Source of the DNA: Clostridia bacterium
GTDB taxonomy: Bacteria; Bacillota; Clostridia; Monoglobales; Monoglobaceae
DNA: 64,000 bases
Direction of reading: 5' to 3'
NCBI GenBank assembly: GCA_045589715.1
Contig: JAZNPN010000041.1
Location: 9,536 to 73,535, forward strand
The translations under genes and the position numbers were made by a program. The notes under the pieces were generated by a model. That model was given only the letters and a program-made list of their open reading frames with translations, did no database searches and was not told the origin of the DNA. The number at the start of each line of letters is the position of its first letter. The stretch's first letter is position 1. This document shows positions 9,936 to 20,389 of the stretch, in pieces.

Positions 9936-11369
9936 ATGAGTAAAATTTTAATGTGTTCTTCTGAGGTTGCTCCCTTTGCAAAAACGGGGGGACTTGGTGA
10001 TGTGCTGGGGGCGCTTCCTCAGGCACTCTCAGCGCTTGGACACGATGTAAGAGTGGTTATGCCCAAATATGGGTGTATAGCAGACCAATATCTCAATGAA
10101 ATGGAGTTTTGTTTCTACACATACATTCCGCTTGGCTGGCGCAGAAAATACTGCGGAGTGTTTAAACTTGAAAGAGAGGGCGTAACATACTATTTCATAG
10201 ATAACGAATATTATTTCGGCGACCCCTATCTTTATAAATGGAATGACCTTGAAAGGTTTGGTTTCTTTGACAAGGCGTGTCTTGAGATTTTGCCGATGCT
10301 TGACTTTAAGCCCGATATTATTCACGCACACGACTGGCAGGCGGGTATGGTTCCCGTACTTTTAAACGCGTATTATGTAAACAACGAGTTTTACCAAGGT
10401 ATAAAGACGATGTTTACAATTCATAATCTGAGATATCAGGGTATATATTCAAAGGATGTTGTGGCAGACTTTTTCTCGCTTGATGAAAGTTTCTTTACAG
10501 ACGATAAATTGGAGTTTCACGGCTGTGCCAATCTTTTAAAGGGCGGAATAGTATATTCAGATTATGTGACGACGGTAAGTCCTACCTATGCAGAGGAGAT
10601 TAAAACTCCCATAGGAGGGGAGAAACTTAACGGCTTGCTTTCGGCTCGTTCAAATTCGCTGTTTGGAATTATAAATGGTATAGATTATAATGTTTATAAT
10701 CCAAAGACCGACCCTCACATCTTTGAAAATTATACTGTGAGAAGCGTATTAAACCGCAAGAAAAACAATAAGATAAAGCTTCAGGAGCAGTTGGGACTTC
10801 CCGTTGACGGCGAAAAGGCGATGATTGGTATAATTTCAAGGCTTGTTGACCAGAAAGGCTTTGACCTGCTTCAGGAAGCGATGGGCGAGCTTATGGGTAT
10901 GGACATTCAGATTGTTGTTGTCGGCACGGGCGATTCAAGATATGAGGATATGTTCCGCCAGACTGCGTGGTATAATCCAACTAAGGTTTCGGCAAATATT
11001 ATGTTCAGCAATGACTTGGCGCACAAGGTTTATGCGGCGGCGGATTTCTTCCTGATGCCGTCAATGTTTGAACCCTGCGGCTTAAGCCAGCTTATATCCT
11101 TCGCGTACGGCACCATCCCCATTGTGCGGGAAACGGGCGGTCTTAAGGACACGGTTATACCATATAACGAGTTTACGGGCGAGGGAACAGGCTTTAGCTT
11201 TTATGCCTATAATGCTCACGATATGGTGTCTACCATTCGTATGGCGCTTGGTCATTTTGCAAACAAAGAGGTTTGGAATAAACTTGTGGTAAACGCTATG
11301 AAACTTGACTTTTCCTGGAAAGAGTCAGCACTTAAGTATGAGGAATTATATAACAATTTAATTGGTTAA
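9936..11369 (+). CDS. glgA: Glycogen synthase (ADP-glucose type)
   Basis: N-terminal SEVAPFAKTGGLGDV motif, 477 aa, GT5 family. Confidence 0.95.
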   Translation: MSKILMCSSEVAPFAKTGGLGDVLGALPQALSALGHDVRVVMPKYGCIADQYLNEMEFCFYTYIPLGWRRKYCGVFKLEREGVTYYFIDNEYYFGDPYLYKWNDLERFGFFDKACLEILPMLDFKPDIIHAHDWQAGMVPVLLNAYYVNNEFYQGIKTMFTIHNLRYQGIYSKDVVADFFSLDESFFTDDKLEFHGCANLLKGGIVYSDYVTTVSPTYAEEIKTPIGGEKLNGLLSARSNSLFGIINGIDYNVYNPKTDPHIFENYTVRSVLNRKKNNKIKLQEQLGLPVDGEKAMIGIISRLVDQKGFDLLQEAMGELMGMDIQIVVVGTGDSRYEDMFRQTAWYNPTKVSANIMFSNDLAHKVYAAADFFLMPSMFEPCGLSQLISFAYGTIPIVRETGGLKDTVIPYNEFTGEGTGFSFYAYNAHDMVSTIRMALGHFANKEVWNKLVVNAMKLDFSWKESALKYEELYNNLIG

Positions 11370-11373
11370 ACTG

Positions 11374-11406
11374 ACGGGGCATCTTAAAAAGATGCCCCGT
11401 TTTTTC
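11374..11406 (+). terminator. Intrinsic terminator after glgA
   Basis: 10-bp stem ACGGGGCATC / GATGCCCCGT followed by TTTTT. Confidence 0.8.
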
Positions 11407-11434
11407 ATTATTATATAGAAATTTTAAAAAACAC

Positions 11435-11463
11435 TTGCTAAAATGGGGATTTTGAGGTAGAAT
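11435..11463 (+). promoter_or_regulatory. Sigma-A promoter for glgP (-35 TTGCTA, 17 nt, -10 TAGAAT)
   Basis: TTGCTA at 11435-11440 and TAGAAT at 11458-11463. Confidence 0.45.
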
Positions 11464-11526
11464 TATAATTGTGCACATTGTAGGCTTGCATAATATTATT
11501 ATACAGAATATGGAAGGTGTGTTTTT

Positions 11527-13974
11527 ATGAAAAAGGTTTCTAAAAATTCTACTGAATATAAAAATAGAAAAGAATTTATAAAAAATGAGATTACGGGAAA
11601 AGTTCGCAGATACTTTGGCAAAACTGTCGAAAGTGCCACAAATGCTGAAATTTATAACGCCGTAGCGTTCACTATCCGTGATGAAATTATGGAAAAGTGG
11701 ATTTCATATAAGGCAGAGGCTGATAAAAAGCCGCAAAAAGAGCTTTACTATCTTTCCTTTGAATTTTTGATGGGAAGAGCGATGGGCAACAACCTTATGA
11801 ATATTATGGAGACTGATGTTTACCGCGATGCTCTTAAGGAATTAAATGTTTCTCTTGATGAGATTGAGGAGCAGGAAAATGATGCAGGACTCGGCAACGG
11901 CGGTCTTGGCAGACTTGCAGCGTGCTTTTTAGACTCGCTTACAAATCTTGAGCTTCCTGCTTTCGGTTGCGGTATCAGATACGAATATGGTCTTTTCCGT
12001 CAGAAGATTGTAGACGGCTATCAGATTGAGATGCCCGACCCATGGCTTCAGGGTGGCAATGTGTGGGATATAGCAAGACCGGAAGATACCAAAGAGGTTC
12101 ACTTCGGCGGTAGAATTGAAGAATATATGGAGGACGGCAGACTTAAATTCCGTCTTGTAGACTATAACACAGTTATTGCTGAGCCTTACGATATGCCAAT
12201 CACAGGCTTTGACAGCAAGACTGTAAATACCCTGAGACTCTGGAAGGCTTGCTCACCCGAAGTTATTGATATGAAGGAATTTAATCGCGGTGACTATATA
12301 AGGGCAACCGAGAACCGCGACCTTGCAGAGGTTATTTCAAAGGTATTATATCCTGAGGATAATCACTATGAGGGTAAACTGCTCCGTCTTAAACAGCAGT
12401 ATTTCTTTGTATCTGCTACAATTCAGTGGATTTTGGCAAAGCATAAGGCGAAGAAACTTTCAATGTCACAAATCCCCGAATTTATACAAATTCATATAAA
12501 TGATACCCATCCAACCATTGCAATTCCTGAGCTTATGCGTATCCTTATGGATGAAGAGGGACTTGGATGGGACGAGGCGTGGAATATCGTGGGCAAGACA
12601 TTTGCATACACTAACCACACCATTCTTTGCGAGGCTCTTGAAAAGTGGCCTATGGAGATGGTTGATAAACTTTTGCCAAGAATCGGTCAGATTATCCACG
12701 AGATTGACAGACGCCAGAGAGAGGCGCTGTGGGAGCGTTTTCCAGGTGACTTTGGCAAAGTTGAATATATGGCAGTTATCGCTCACGGTCAGGTGAGTAT
12801 GGCAAACCTTTGTCTTACCGCTTGTCATAGCGTAAACGGTGTTGCGGCGCTCCACACCGAGATTTTAAAAGCGGAAACATTTAAGGATTATTACAGCATT
12901 TATCCCTATAAGTTCAAGAATATGACAAACGGCGTTACATTCCGCCGTTGGCTCTATAAGGCAAACCCTGAGCTTTCAAAACTTATTACAAGCTCTATCG
13001 GCGACGGCTGGGTTAAGGATTACAAACAGCTCGATAAATTAACACCGTTTGCAGACGATGCGGCTTTTTGCGAGAAGTTTGCGAAAATCAAGCACGAGAA
13101 CAAAGAAAAACTTGCAAAATATATTCTTGATAATAACGGAATTGTGGTTGATCCAAGCTCGATGTTTGATGTGCAGATTAAGAGACTTCACGAATATAAG
13201 AGACAGCTTTTAAAGGCGATGCACATAATTTATCGCTATCAGAAGATTATAAGCGGCGATACTGCGGGAATGCAGCCTGTAACCTATATTTTCGGCGCAA
13301 AGGCGGCGCCCGGCTATCATATGGCAAAGCTTATTATTAAGTTTATCAATGATATTGCAACAACTGTCAATAATGACCCGAGGGTAAACGGACTTATCAA
13401 GGTTGTGTTTATCGAAAACTACAGCGTATCAAGCGCTGAAAAGATAGTTGCAGCAGCAGACCTTAGTGAGCAGATTTCAACTGCTTCCAAAGAGGCGTCG
13501 GGCACGGGTAATATGAAACTTATGCTAAATGGTGCGCTCACTATCGGCACAATGGATGGCGCAAATGTTGAAATCCGTGAGCAGGTTGGTGACGATAATA
13601 TCTTCATTTTTGGTTTGTCATCTCAGGAGGTTTTAAACATTTATGCAAGCGGTAAATCTCCAAGTTCTGAGATTTATGCAACCAATCCTGTTATCAAGAA
13701 AATTATTGACACAATGATTGACGGCACATTTAACAGCGAGAATATCTTCTATGACCTTTACAAGTCTCTCATAATAGGCAACGGCTTTGCGGATAATTAT
13801 CTTCTCCTTGCAGATTTTGAGTCATACCTTGACGCAAATTCAAGAGTAAAAGAAAAATATGCCGATAAAGCAGCATGGACTCGCTCAGCTGTTATGAATA
13901 CTGCCAAGGCAGGCTTCTTCTCAAGCGACCGTACAATAGAGGATTATAATAGAGAAATCTGGCATCTTCGTTAG
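11527..13974 (+). CDS. glgP: Glycogen/maltodextrin phosphorylase
   Basis: 815 aa with the GT35 pyridoxal-phosphate site EASGTGNMKLMLNGALTIGTMDGANVE. Confidence 0.95.
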   Translation: MKKVSKNSTEYKNRKEFIKNEITGKVRRYFGKTVESATNAEIYNAVAFTIRDEIMEKWISYKAEADKKPQKELYYLSFEFLMGRAMGNNLMNIMETDVYRDALKELNVSLDEIEEQENDAGLGNGGLGRLAACFLDSLTNLELPAFGCGIRYEYGLFRQKIVDGYQIEMPDPWLQGGNVWDIARPEDTKEVHFGGRIEEYMEDGRLKFRLVDYNTVIAEPYDMPITGFDSKTVNTLRLWKACSPEVIDMKEFNRGDYIRATENRDLAEVISKVLYPEDNHYEGKLLRLKQQYFFVSATIQWILAKHKAKKLSMSQIPEFIQIHINDTHPTIAIPELMRILMDEEGLGWDEAWNIVGKTFAYTNHTILCEALEKWPMEMVDKLLPRIGQIIHEIDRRQREALWERFPGDFGKVEYMAVIAHGQVSMANLCLTACHSVNGVAALHTEILKAETFKDYYSIYPYKFKNMTNGVTFRRWLYKANPELSKLITSSIGDGWVKDYKQLDKLTPFADDAAFCEKFAKIKHENKEKLAKYILDNNGIVVDPSSMFDVQIKRLHEYKRQLLKAMHIIYRYQKIISGDTAGMQPVTYIFGAKAAPGYHMAKLIIKFINDIATTVNNDPRVNGLIKVVFIENYSVSSAEKIVAAADLSEQISTASKEASGTGNMKLMLNGALTIGTMDGANVEIREQVGDDNIFIFGLSSQEVLNIYASGKSPSSEIYATNPVIKKIIDTMIDGTFNSENIFYDLYKSLIIGNGFADNYLLLADFESYLDANSRVKEKYADKAAWTRSAVMNTAKAGFFSSDRTIEDYNREIWHLR

Positions 13975-14068
13975 GCGCTAGAAAATTCGGCAATCTTCGT
14001 TGCGCCTGGGGGAAGAAAAACATCAAATGAAAAAGATAAAAATTTATATAAAAGGTGGATGTAAAATT

Positions 14069-14851
14069 ATGAAAAAGTTTTTAGCAATTGTTTTAACAGT
14101 AGTTCTTGCTATGTCAGTTGCAGCTTGCGGTACTAATAATGCTGCAGACAGCGACTTGGCATATGTTAAGGAAAACGGCAAACTGGTAGTTGGTATCACC
14201 GATTTTGAACCGATGGACTACAAAGACGAAAACGGCGAATGGATTGGTTTTGATGCGGATATGGCAAAGGCTTTTGCTGAGTATCTCGGTGTTGATGTTG
14301 AGTTTACCGAAATTGAGTGGGGAAGCAAAGCTTTAGAACTCAGCGGAAAATCTATTGACTGTGTTTGGAATGGTATGACATTAACAGAAGAGGTTTTAGC
14401 TGCTATGAGCTGTTCAGTTCCTTACTGCAACAATCAGCAGATAGTTATCGTTCCTAAAGAAAAGGCTGCAGATTATCAGACAGTTGAATCTTTAAAAGAG
14501 CTTAATTTTGCAGTAGAAGAGGGTTCTGCGGGTCAGAAGATGGCAGAAGCAAACGCATTCAGCTTTACTCCTGTTAAGGACCAGGCGACAGCTGTTATGG
14601 AAGTTGCATCAGGCACAAGCGATGCTGCTATCATCGACTCACTTATGGCGGCGGCTATGGTAGGCGAGGGCACAGGCTATGAAAGCCTTACTTACACAAT
14701 TGGTTTAAGCGATGAAGAATATGGCGTTGGCTTCCGTAAGGGTTCTGACATCGTTGCAGAATTTAATAAATTCTTAGAAGAATCAAAAGCAAATGGTTTG
14801 CTTGAAGAAACAGCTGCAAAATATGGTATTCAGGCAGCACTCATTAAATAA
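14069..14851 (+). CDS. Polar amino-acid ABC transporter substrate-binding lipoprotein
   Basis: MKKFLAIVLTVVLAMSVAAC forms a lipoprotein signal peptide plus lipobox, followed by a type-3 solute-binding domain. ATG 14069 has AAAGGTGGA upstream. Track start 14000 is an upstream GTG. Confidence 0.85.
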   Translation: MKKFLAIVLTVVLAMSVAACGTNNAADSDLAYVKENGKLVVGITDFEPMDYKDENGEWIGFDADMAKAFAEYLGVDVEFTEIEWGSKALELSGKSIDCVWNGMTLTEEVLAAMSCSVPYCNNQQIVIVPKEKAADYQTVESLKELNFAVEEGSAGQKMAEANAFSFTPVKDQATAVMEVASGTSDAAIIDSLMAAAMVGEGTGYESLTYTIGLSDEEYGVGFRKGSDIVAEFNKFLEESKANGLLEETAAKYGIQAALIK

Positions 14852-14883
14852 GAATACATAAATATTTCAAGAGGGTGGAGAGT

Positions 14884-15597
14884 ATGCAGCTCTTAGAGTC
14901 ACTTAAAAATTTAATAGAAACTATAATTGCGCAGATGCCTATAGTGTTTCCTGCCCTTAATGAGGGTTTTATTCAGACACTTAAGCTGTTTGCAGTCACC
15001 CTCTTGGGAGCTATTCCGCTCGGGCTTATTATGTCGTTTGGCTCAATGTCAAAATTTAAGCCCCTAAGCGGACTTACAAAGATTATTGTCTGGGTTTTCA
15101 GAGGCTCGCCTCTGATGCTTCAGCTTATGATAATTTATTATTTGCCCGGACTTGTCGGCAATAATATATGGGGCGGCGGCGAAGGCGGCAGGTTCTTTGC
15201 GGCGTCAATTGCGTTTATATTAAATTACGCCTGCTATTTTTCAGAAATTTACCGCGGCGGGATACAAGGTGTTCCCATCGGTCAGCAAGAGGCGGGGCAG
15301 GTTTTGGGACTTACAAAGTCACAGGTTTTCTTTAAGGTGACTCTTTTGCAGATGGTAAAGAGAATTGTTCCCCCAATGTCAAACGAGATTATTACCCTTG
15401 TAAAGGATACATCACTTGCCCGAATAATTGCTCTTCAGGAAATTATCTGGGCAGGCGGAGCTTTTATGAAAAGCTCACACGGCATCAGCGGACAAATCTG
15501 GCCGCTTTTCTTTACGGGTGTTTACTATCTGATTTTCTGCGGTGTATTAACCCTGTTGTTTGGTTACATAGAAAAGAAGCTTAATTATTTTGAGTAA
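14884..15597 (+). CDS. Polar amino-acid ABC transporter permease
   Basis: Multi-TM protein with the conserved ITLVKDTSLA loop of the His/Glu/Gln/Arg/opine permease family. ATG 14884 is preferred over track GTG 14875. Confidence 0.85.
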   Translation: MQLLESLKNLIETIIAQMPIVFPALNEGFIQTLKLFAVTLLGAIPLGLIMSFGSMSKFKPLSGLTKIIVWVFRGSPLMLQLMIIYYLPGLVGNNIWGGGEGGRFFAASIAFILNYACYFSEIYRGGIQGVPIGQQEAGQVLGLTKSQVFFKVTLLQMVKRIVPPMSNEIITLVKDTSLARIIALQEIIWAGGAFMKSSHGISGQIWPLFFTGVYYLIFCGVLTLLFGYIEKKLNYFE

Positions 15598-15609
15598 AGG
15601 GGTGACGGC

Positions 15610-16395
15610 ATGAAAATTCTGGAGATAAAGGACCTTTATAAAAACTTTGGCAAAACTGAGGTATTAAAGGGTGTAAATTTCTCGATGAACGAAGGTGAGG
15701 TTGTTTCTATAATCGGCTCATCGGGAAGTGGTAAGACTACACTTTTGCGCTGCATCAATTTTCTGGAAAGGGCAGATGAAGGGCAGATAATCTTAGATGG
15801 GGAGTTGTTGTTTGACGGAACTTCCGAGAAAAAAGCAAGCGCGGCCGAAATCCGCAAAAAACAATTAAATTTCGGGCTTGTTTTTCAGGATTTTAATCTG
15901 TTTCCTCAGTATAGCGTTATCGACAATGTAATGCTTGCACCAAGGCTTCTTGCAAAGGAAAACCCTGATTTTAAAACTAATAAAAAAGAAATCTACGAAA
16001 AAATTCAAATAGATGCAGAGGCAATTTTAGAGCGTGTCGGACTTTCTGATAAGCTAAATAATTACCCTTGCGAATTATCGGGCGGTCAGAAACAGCGAGT
16101 GTCTATCGCAAGAGCGCTTATTTTAAAGCCGAGGGTATTGTTCTTTGACGAACCGACATCGGCACTTGACCCTGAACTTACAGGCGAAATTTTAAAAGTT
16201 ATCCGTTCTCTTAAAGATGAGGATATAACTATGATTATCGTAACTCACGAAATAGATTTTGCAAAGAATGTCAGCGACAAGATTATATTTATGGCAGACG
16301 GAATTATTGAGGAGGAGGGGACGCCTTTTGAGGTAATAGATAACCCAAAATCCGAGCGCGCTCGTCTATTTTTGCAAAATCTGTTCGATAAATAG
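15610..16395 (+). CDS. Polar amino-acid ABC transporter ATP-binding protein
   Basis: Walker A GSSGSGKTT, signature LSGGQKQR and Walker B VLFFDEPTSALD. Confidence 0.92.
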   Translation: MKILEIKDLYKNFGKTEVLKGVNFSMNEGEVVSIIGSSGSGKTTLLRCINFLERADEGQIILDGELLFDGTSEKKASAAEIRKKQLNFGLVFQDFNLFPQYSVIDNVMLAPRLLAKENPDFKTNKKEIYEKIQIDAEAILERVGLSDKLNNYPCELSGGQKQRVSIARALILKPRVLFFDEPTSALDPELTGEILKVIRSLKDEDITMIIVTHEIDFAKNVSDKIIFMADGIIEEEGTPFEVIDNPKSERARLFLQNLFDK

Positions 16396-16439
16396 AGAAA
16401 ATTTAGTTAATTTTTTAACAAAATTTTTACAAAAAAGGC

Positions 16440-16468
16440 TTGTATATTTTTAGAATATGAGGTAAAAT
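16440..16468 (+). promoter_or_regulatory. Sigma-A promoter for gap (-35 TTGTAT, 17 nt, -10 TAAAAT)
   Basis: TTGTAT at 16440-16445 and TAAAAT at 16463-16468. Confidence 0.45.
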
Positions 16469-16529
16469 ATACATTGCGGCAATAAACATATGAAAAAATT
16501 ATTATTTATATATTCAGGAGGTTTTTACT

Positions 16530-17564
16530 ATGACAGTAAAAGTTGCTATTAATGGTTTTGGTCGTATCGGTCGTTTGGCTTTCCGCCAGATGTTCGGTGC
16601 AGAAGGTTATGATGTTGTTGCTATCAACGACTTAACAAAGCCTTCAATGCTTGCTCACCTTTTAAAGTATGATACCGCTCAGGGCGGATACTGCGGCAAG
16701 ATTGGTGAAGGTCTTCACACAGTTGTTGCAGACGACGAAGCAGGCACAATCACAGTTGACGGAAAGACTCTTAAAATTTATGCAATGGCAAACGCTGCAG
16801 AGCTCCCCTGGGGCGAAATCGGCGTTGATGTTGTTTTAGAGTGTACCGGTTTCTACTGCTCAAAGGAAAAGTCACAGGCTCACATTGATGCAGGTGCTAA
16901 GAAGGTTGTTATCTCAGCTCCCGCCGGCAATGATTTAAAAACTATCGTTTACAGCGTAAACGAGAAGACTCTTGATGCAAGCGATACAATTATTTCTGCT
17001 GCATCATGTACTACAAACTGTCTCGCTCCTATGGCTGATACTTTAAACAAGTATGCTGAAATTCAGTCAGGTATTATGTCTACAATTCACGCTTACACCG
17101 GTGACCAGATGATTCTTGACGGTCCTCACAGAAAGGGTGACTTAAGACGCGCAAGAGCAGGTGCTGCTAATATCGTTCCAAACTCAACAGGTGCTGCAAA
17201 GGCTATCGGTCTTGTTATTCCTGAACTTAACGGCAAGCTCATCGGTTCAGCTCAGCGTGTTCCTGTTCCCACAGGTTCTACAACAATCTTAACAGCAGTT
17301 GTTAAGGGTGAAAATGTTACAAAAGAGGGCATCAACGCTGCTATGAAAGCTGCAGCTTCTGAGTCTTTCGGCTACAATGAGGATGAAATCGTATCTTCAG
17401 ATGTTATCGGTATGAAGTACGGCTCACTCTTTGATGCTACTCAGACAATGGTTTGCGACCTTGGCAATGGCCTTTACGAGGTTCAGGTTGTTTCTTGGTA
17501 TGATAACGAGAACAGCTACACAAGCCAGATGGTTAGAACTATTAAATATTTCGCTGAAATCTAA
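16530..17564 (+). CDS. gap: Glyceraldehyde-3-phosphate dehydrogenase
   Basis: [11 protein letters not shown]-binding motif, catalytic SCTTNCLAP and a strong AGGAGG RBS. Confidence 0.96.
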   Translation: MTVKVAINGFGRIGRLAFRQMFGAEGYDVVAINDLTKPSMLAHLLKYDTAQGGYCGKIGEGLHTVVADDEAGTITVDGKTLKIYAMANAAELPWGEIGVDVVLECTGFYCSKEKSQAHIDAGAKKVVISAPAGNDLKTIVYSVNEKTLDASDTIISAASCTTNCLAPMADTLNKYAEIQSGIMSTIHAYTGDQMILDGPHRKGDLRRARAGAANIVPNSTGAAKAIGLVIPELNGKLIGSAQRVPVPTGSTTILTAVVKGENVTKEGINAAMKAAASESFGYNEDEIVSSDVIGMKYGSLFDATQTMVCDLGNGLYEVQVVSWYDNENSYTSQMVRTIKYFAEI

Positions 17565-17576
17565 GTTGAAATTTTC

Positions 17577-17609
17577 AAAAGACGGGAGTTTTTACTCCCG
17601 TCTTTTTTT
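17577..17609 (+). terminator. Intrinsic terminator after gap
   Basis: Stem AGACGGGAGT / ACTCCCGTCT followed by a T-run. Confidence 0.85.
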
Positions 17610-17643
17610 GTATAAAATTATCTAAAATATGGCAAAATAATAC

Positions 17644-17672
17644 TTGAAAAAATTGGCTCTAAGTGGTATCAT
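17644..17672 (+). promoter_or_regulatory. Sigma-A promoter for rluB (-35 TTGAAA, 17 nt, -10 TATCAT)
   Basis: TTGAAA at 17644-17649 and TATCAT at 17667-17672. Confidence 0.45.
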
Positions 17673-17723
17673 TTAATTATAGTGGGTAGGAAGTTGATTT
17701 TTTAAGGAAAGGGTTTAATCGCT

Positions 17724-18506
17724 ATGATGAGATTACAGAAATTTTTGGCAAGCTGTGGCGTTGCTTCAAGGCGAAAGGCAGAAGAACTTATTGCAAAGGG
17801 ACAAGTTCTGGTTAATGGCGAAATAGTGCGCGAAATGGGAGTCCAGGTTGACGAAGATAATGATGTTATTGAGTTTAACGGCGAGCGAATCCGTATGACT
17901 AATAAAATGATTTATATTATGCTCAATAAGCCTGAAGGATTTGTGACAACCGTTTCAGACGATAAGGGCAGAGAGACAGTTATGAGTCTGGTCTCCGAAA
18001 TTCCCGCAAGAATTTATCCCGTAGGCCGTCTGGATTATGACACAGAAGGGCTCCTGCTTATGACAAATGACGGTGACCTTACTTATAAGATTACACATCC
18101 TAAAAATAACATAGAAAAAACATATATTGCCGAGGTTACGGGTAATATAACCATGGATACAATTTTAAATTTACGCCGCGGTGTTGTGATTGATGGCGTA
18201 AAGACAAGTCCTGCAAAGGTTGAAGTTGTTGGCGCAACCAGACTTGGAACAAAGCTTGAAATTACAATTCACGAAGGTAGGAACCGACAGGTAAGAAAAA
18301 TGTTTGAGGCAGTCGGTTGCATAGTTAAAAAACTTAAAAGGACTGAGGAGGCGGGTTTAAGACTTGGACACCTTCCCCTTGGTAAATGGCGTAAGCTTAC
18401 AGAGTCGGAGATAAATATGCTTAAAAAAATAGGCACGGGTAAAAAATCTTCGGCAGAAAAGGGAAGAAGCATTATGAAAAATGCTTCAAAACAAAAGCGA
18501 AGATAA
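17724..18506 (+). CDS. rluB: 23S rRNA pseudouridine synthase (RluB/RsuA family)
   Basis: N-terminal S4 domain (MRLQKFLASCGVASRRKAEELI), catalytic GRLDYDTEGLLL motif and a Lys-rich tail. Confidence 0.85.
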   Translation: MMRLQKFLASCGVASRRKAEELIAKGQVLVNGEIVREMGVQVDEDNDVIEFNGERIRMTNKMIYIMLNKPEGFVTTVSDDKGRETVMSLVSEIPARIYPVGRLDYDTEGLLLMTNDGDLTYKITHPKNNIEKTYIAEVTGNITMDTILNLRRGVVIDGVKTSPAKVEVVGATRLGTKLEITIHEGRNRQVRKMFEAVGCIVKKLKRTEEAGLRLGHLPLGKWRKLTESEINMLKKIGTGKKSSAEKGRSIMKNASKQKRR

Positions 18507-18544
18507 TTTTTTAGTATAAAACTTTCAAGGAGGAAACTTAGACA

Positions 18545-20014
18545 ATGGGTAAATTGAATGATTTACAGCAAAAGCGTTTTGCCATTGAGCAGAGTAGCGG
18601 AGATATGACCGCACGAGAAAGAATAGCTATGCTCTTTGATGCAGGAAGTTTTGTTGAACTTGATGCGTTTGTGACCAACCGGTATAAAGAACTTAATTTA
18701 ACCGAAAAAGATGCCCCGGCAGAGGGTGTTATCACAGGTTATGGTACAGTTGACGGAAGGCTTGTATACGCTTATTCTCAGGACCTTGCCGTACTTGACG
18801 GCTCAGTCGGCGAAATGGGTGCAAAAAAGATTTTAAAAGTTATGGATATGGCGGTTAAAATGGGCGCTCCCATAGTTGCTATTTGTGATTCAAACGGCGT
18901 AAGACTTGAAGAGGGGGTTGATGCACTCTGCTCATTTGCAAAAATATTAAATAGCAGTGCCAATATATCAGGCGTTGTCCCTCAGATTTCGGTAGTTTTA
19001 GGTGCGTGCGCGGGTGGCGCGGCATTTTTGCCCGCGATGAGCGATTTTGTTTTTGTTGTAGATAACAAAACTAAAATGTTTTTAAATGCTCCATCTGTTG
19101 TCGGAGAGGATATAACAGAATTTGGCGGAGCTGACGCACACGCAGAAAATACAGGCGTTGCAAGTGTGAGATGCGCAACTGAGCTTGAGTGCTTTGCAAA
19201 TGTCAAGGAACTTTTGGGATATCTGCCGTCTAACAATCTTGAAATGGCACCTTTATATGACTGCGATGACAACCTTAACAGATTGTCTGAAAGTCTGAAT
19301 GCTATGGATTATGATAGCTATGATATGAAATCTGTTATTTCAGAGATAGTTGACAATAATCAGATTTTTGAAATTTTGCCTGAATTTGCGAAGAATATTA
19401 TTACTTGCTTTGCAAGACTTAATGGCGCAACTGTTGGTATTGTTGCAAACCAGCCGGCTGAAAATGAGGGTCTTATTGATATAGACGCTTCATTAAAAGC
19501 TGCAAGATTTGTAAGATTTTGTGACAGCTTTAATATTCCTGTTGTTACATTCACAGATGCCAAAGGTTATGCTAAAGACAAGGCTCAGGAAAATGGCGGC
19601 ATTATCCGTCACGGAGCTAAACTTTTATACGCATTTGCAGAGGCCAGCGTTCCTAAGGTAAATGTTATTGTTAAAAAGGCGTACGGTACAGCGTATGTTG
19701 CTATGAACAGCAGTGCTGATGTAACATTTGCTTATCCTGCCGCTGAGGTTGCTGTTATGGATCCTAATGGTGCTGCAAATATTATGTTTAAAGATGATAT
19801 CAAAAATTCAGTTGAACCTGTAAAGACCAGACAGGAGAAGATAGATGAATATGCCAAAACTATTGCAAGCCCATATGTTGCGGCAAGCCGCGGATATATT
19901 GATGATGTTATAGAACCTGACTCTACAAGACCGAGAATTATAAGTGCACTTGAGATGCTTTTGAGCAAGCGGGAAAGCCGTAGCGCAAAGAAGCACGGCA
20001 ACATTCCGCTTTAA
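18545..20014 (+). CDS. Acyl-CoA carboxyltransferase (methylmalonyl-CoA decarboxylase alpha / transcarboxylase 12S-type subunit)
   Basis: 489 aa with the two-lobed crotonase-like carboxyltransferase architecture of MmdA/PccB/12S. It is the first gene of a cluster with OadG-like, BCCP and Na+ pump beta subunits. Confidence 0.85.
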   Translation: MGKLNDLQQKRFAIEQSSGDMTARERIAMLFDAGSFVELDAFVTNRYKELNLTEKDAPAEGVITGYGTVDGRLVYAYSQDLAVLDGSVGEMGAKKILKVMDMAVKMGAPIVAICDSNGVRLEEGVDALCSFAKILNSSANISGVVPQISVVLGACAGGAAFLPAMSDFVFVVDNKTKMFLNAPSVVGEDITEFGGADAHAENTGVASVRCATELECFANVKELLGYLPSNNLEMAPLYDCDDNLNRLSESLNAMDYDSYDMKSVISEIVDNNQIFEILPEFAKNIITCFARLNGATVGIVANQPAENEGLIDIDASLKAARFVRFCDSFNIPVVTFTDAKGYAKDKAQENGGIIRHGAKLLYAFAEASVPKVNVIVKKAYGTAYVAMNSSADVTFAYPAAEVAVMDPNGAANIMFKDDIKNSVEPVKTRQEKIDEYAKTIASPYVAASRGYIDDVIEPDSTRPRIISALEMLLSKRESRSAKKHGNIPL

Positions 20015-20027
20015 GGAGGGATAGCAT

Positions 20028-20369
20028 ATGACATTACAACAAGCGCTGTCAACAGGCGGTATGGTAACACTTACAGGAGTTATTATAGTTTTTGCTGTTT
20101 TGATTATCCTGATGCTTGTAATGATGGCAATGAAAAAGGTTTTTTATAAAGAAGAAAAACCTCATCAGGAGGTAACTTCTGTAGTTTTAAAACCCGTGGA
20201 AGTTCAAAAGGAAGATCCTAATCTCATTGCGGTACTCACTGCGGCGGTTGCGGCAAGTCTTAATACATCGACTTATAAACTTAATATCAAATCCTACAGA
20301 AGAGTATCAAATAACGCTCCTGCATGGAACAAAGCAGGACTTAATGATGTAATCGACTCAAGATTTTAG
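20028..20369 (+). CDS. OadG-family small membrane subunit of the Na+-translocating decarboxylase
   Basis: 113 aa with a single N-terminal TM helix (VTLTGVIIVFAVLIILMLVMMAM). Size and position are typical of the OadG/MmdD/GcdD anchor subunit. Confidence 0.75.
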   Translation: MTLQQALSTGGMVTLTGVIIVFAVLIILMLVMMAMKKVFYKEEKPHQEVTSVVLKPVEVQKEDPNLIAVLTAAVAASLNTSTYKLNIKSYRRVSNNAPAWNKAGLNDVIDSRF

Positions 20370-20389
20370 ATTGAAAGGAAGATTTTAAA

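Noticed and set aside
13973-14007. AGGCGC ... GCGCCT inverted repeat right after glgP as a terminator
   Set aside because: The stem is 6 bp with a loop of about 23 nt and no U-run, so it is unlikely to act as an intrinsic terminator. glgP may read through into the ABC transporter genes.
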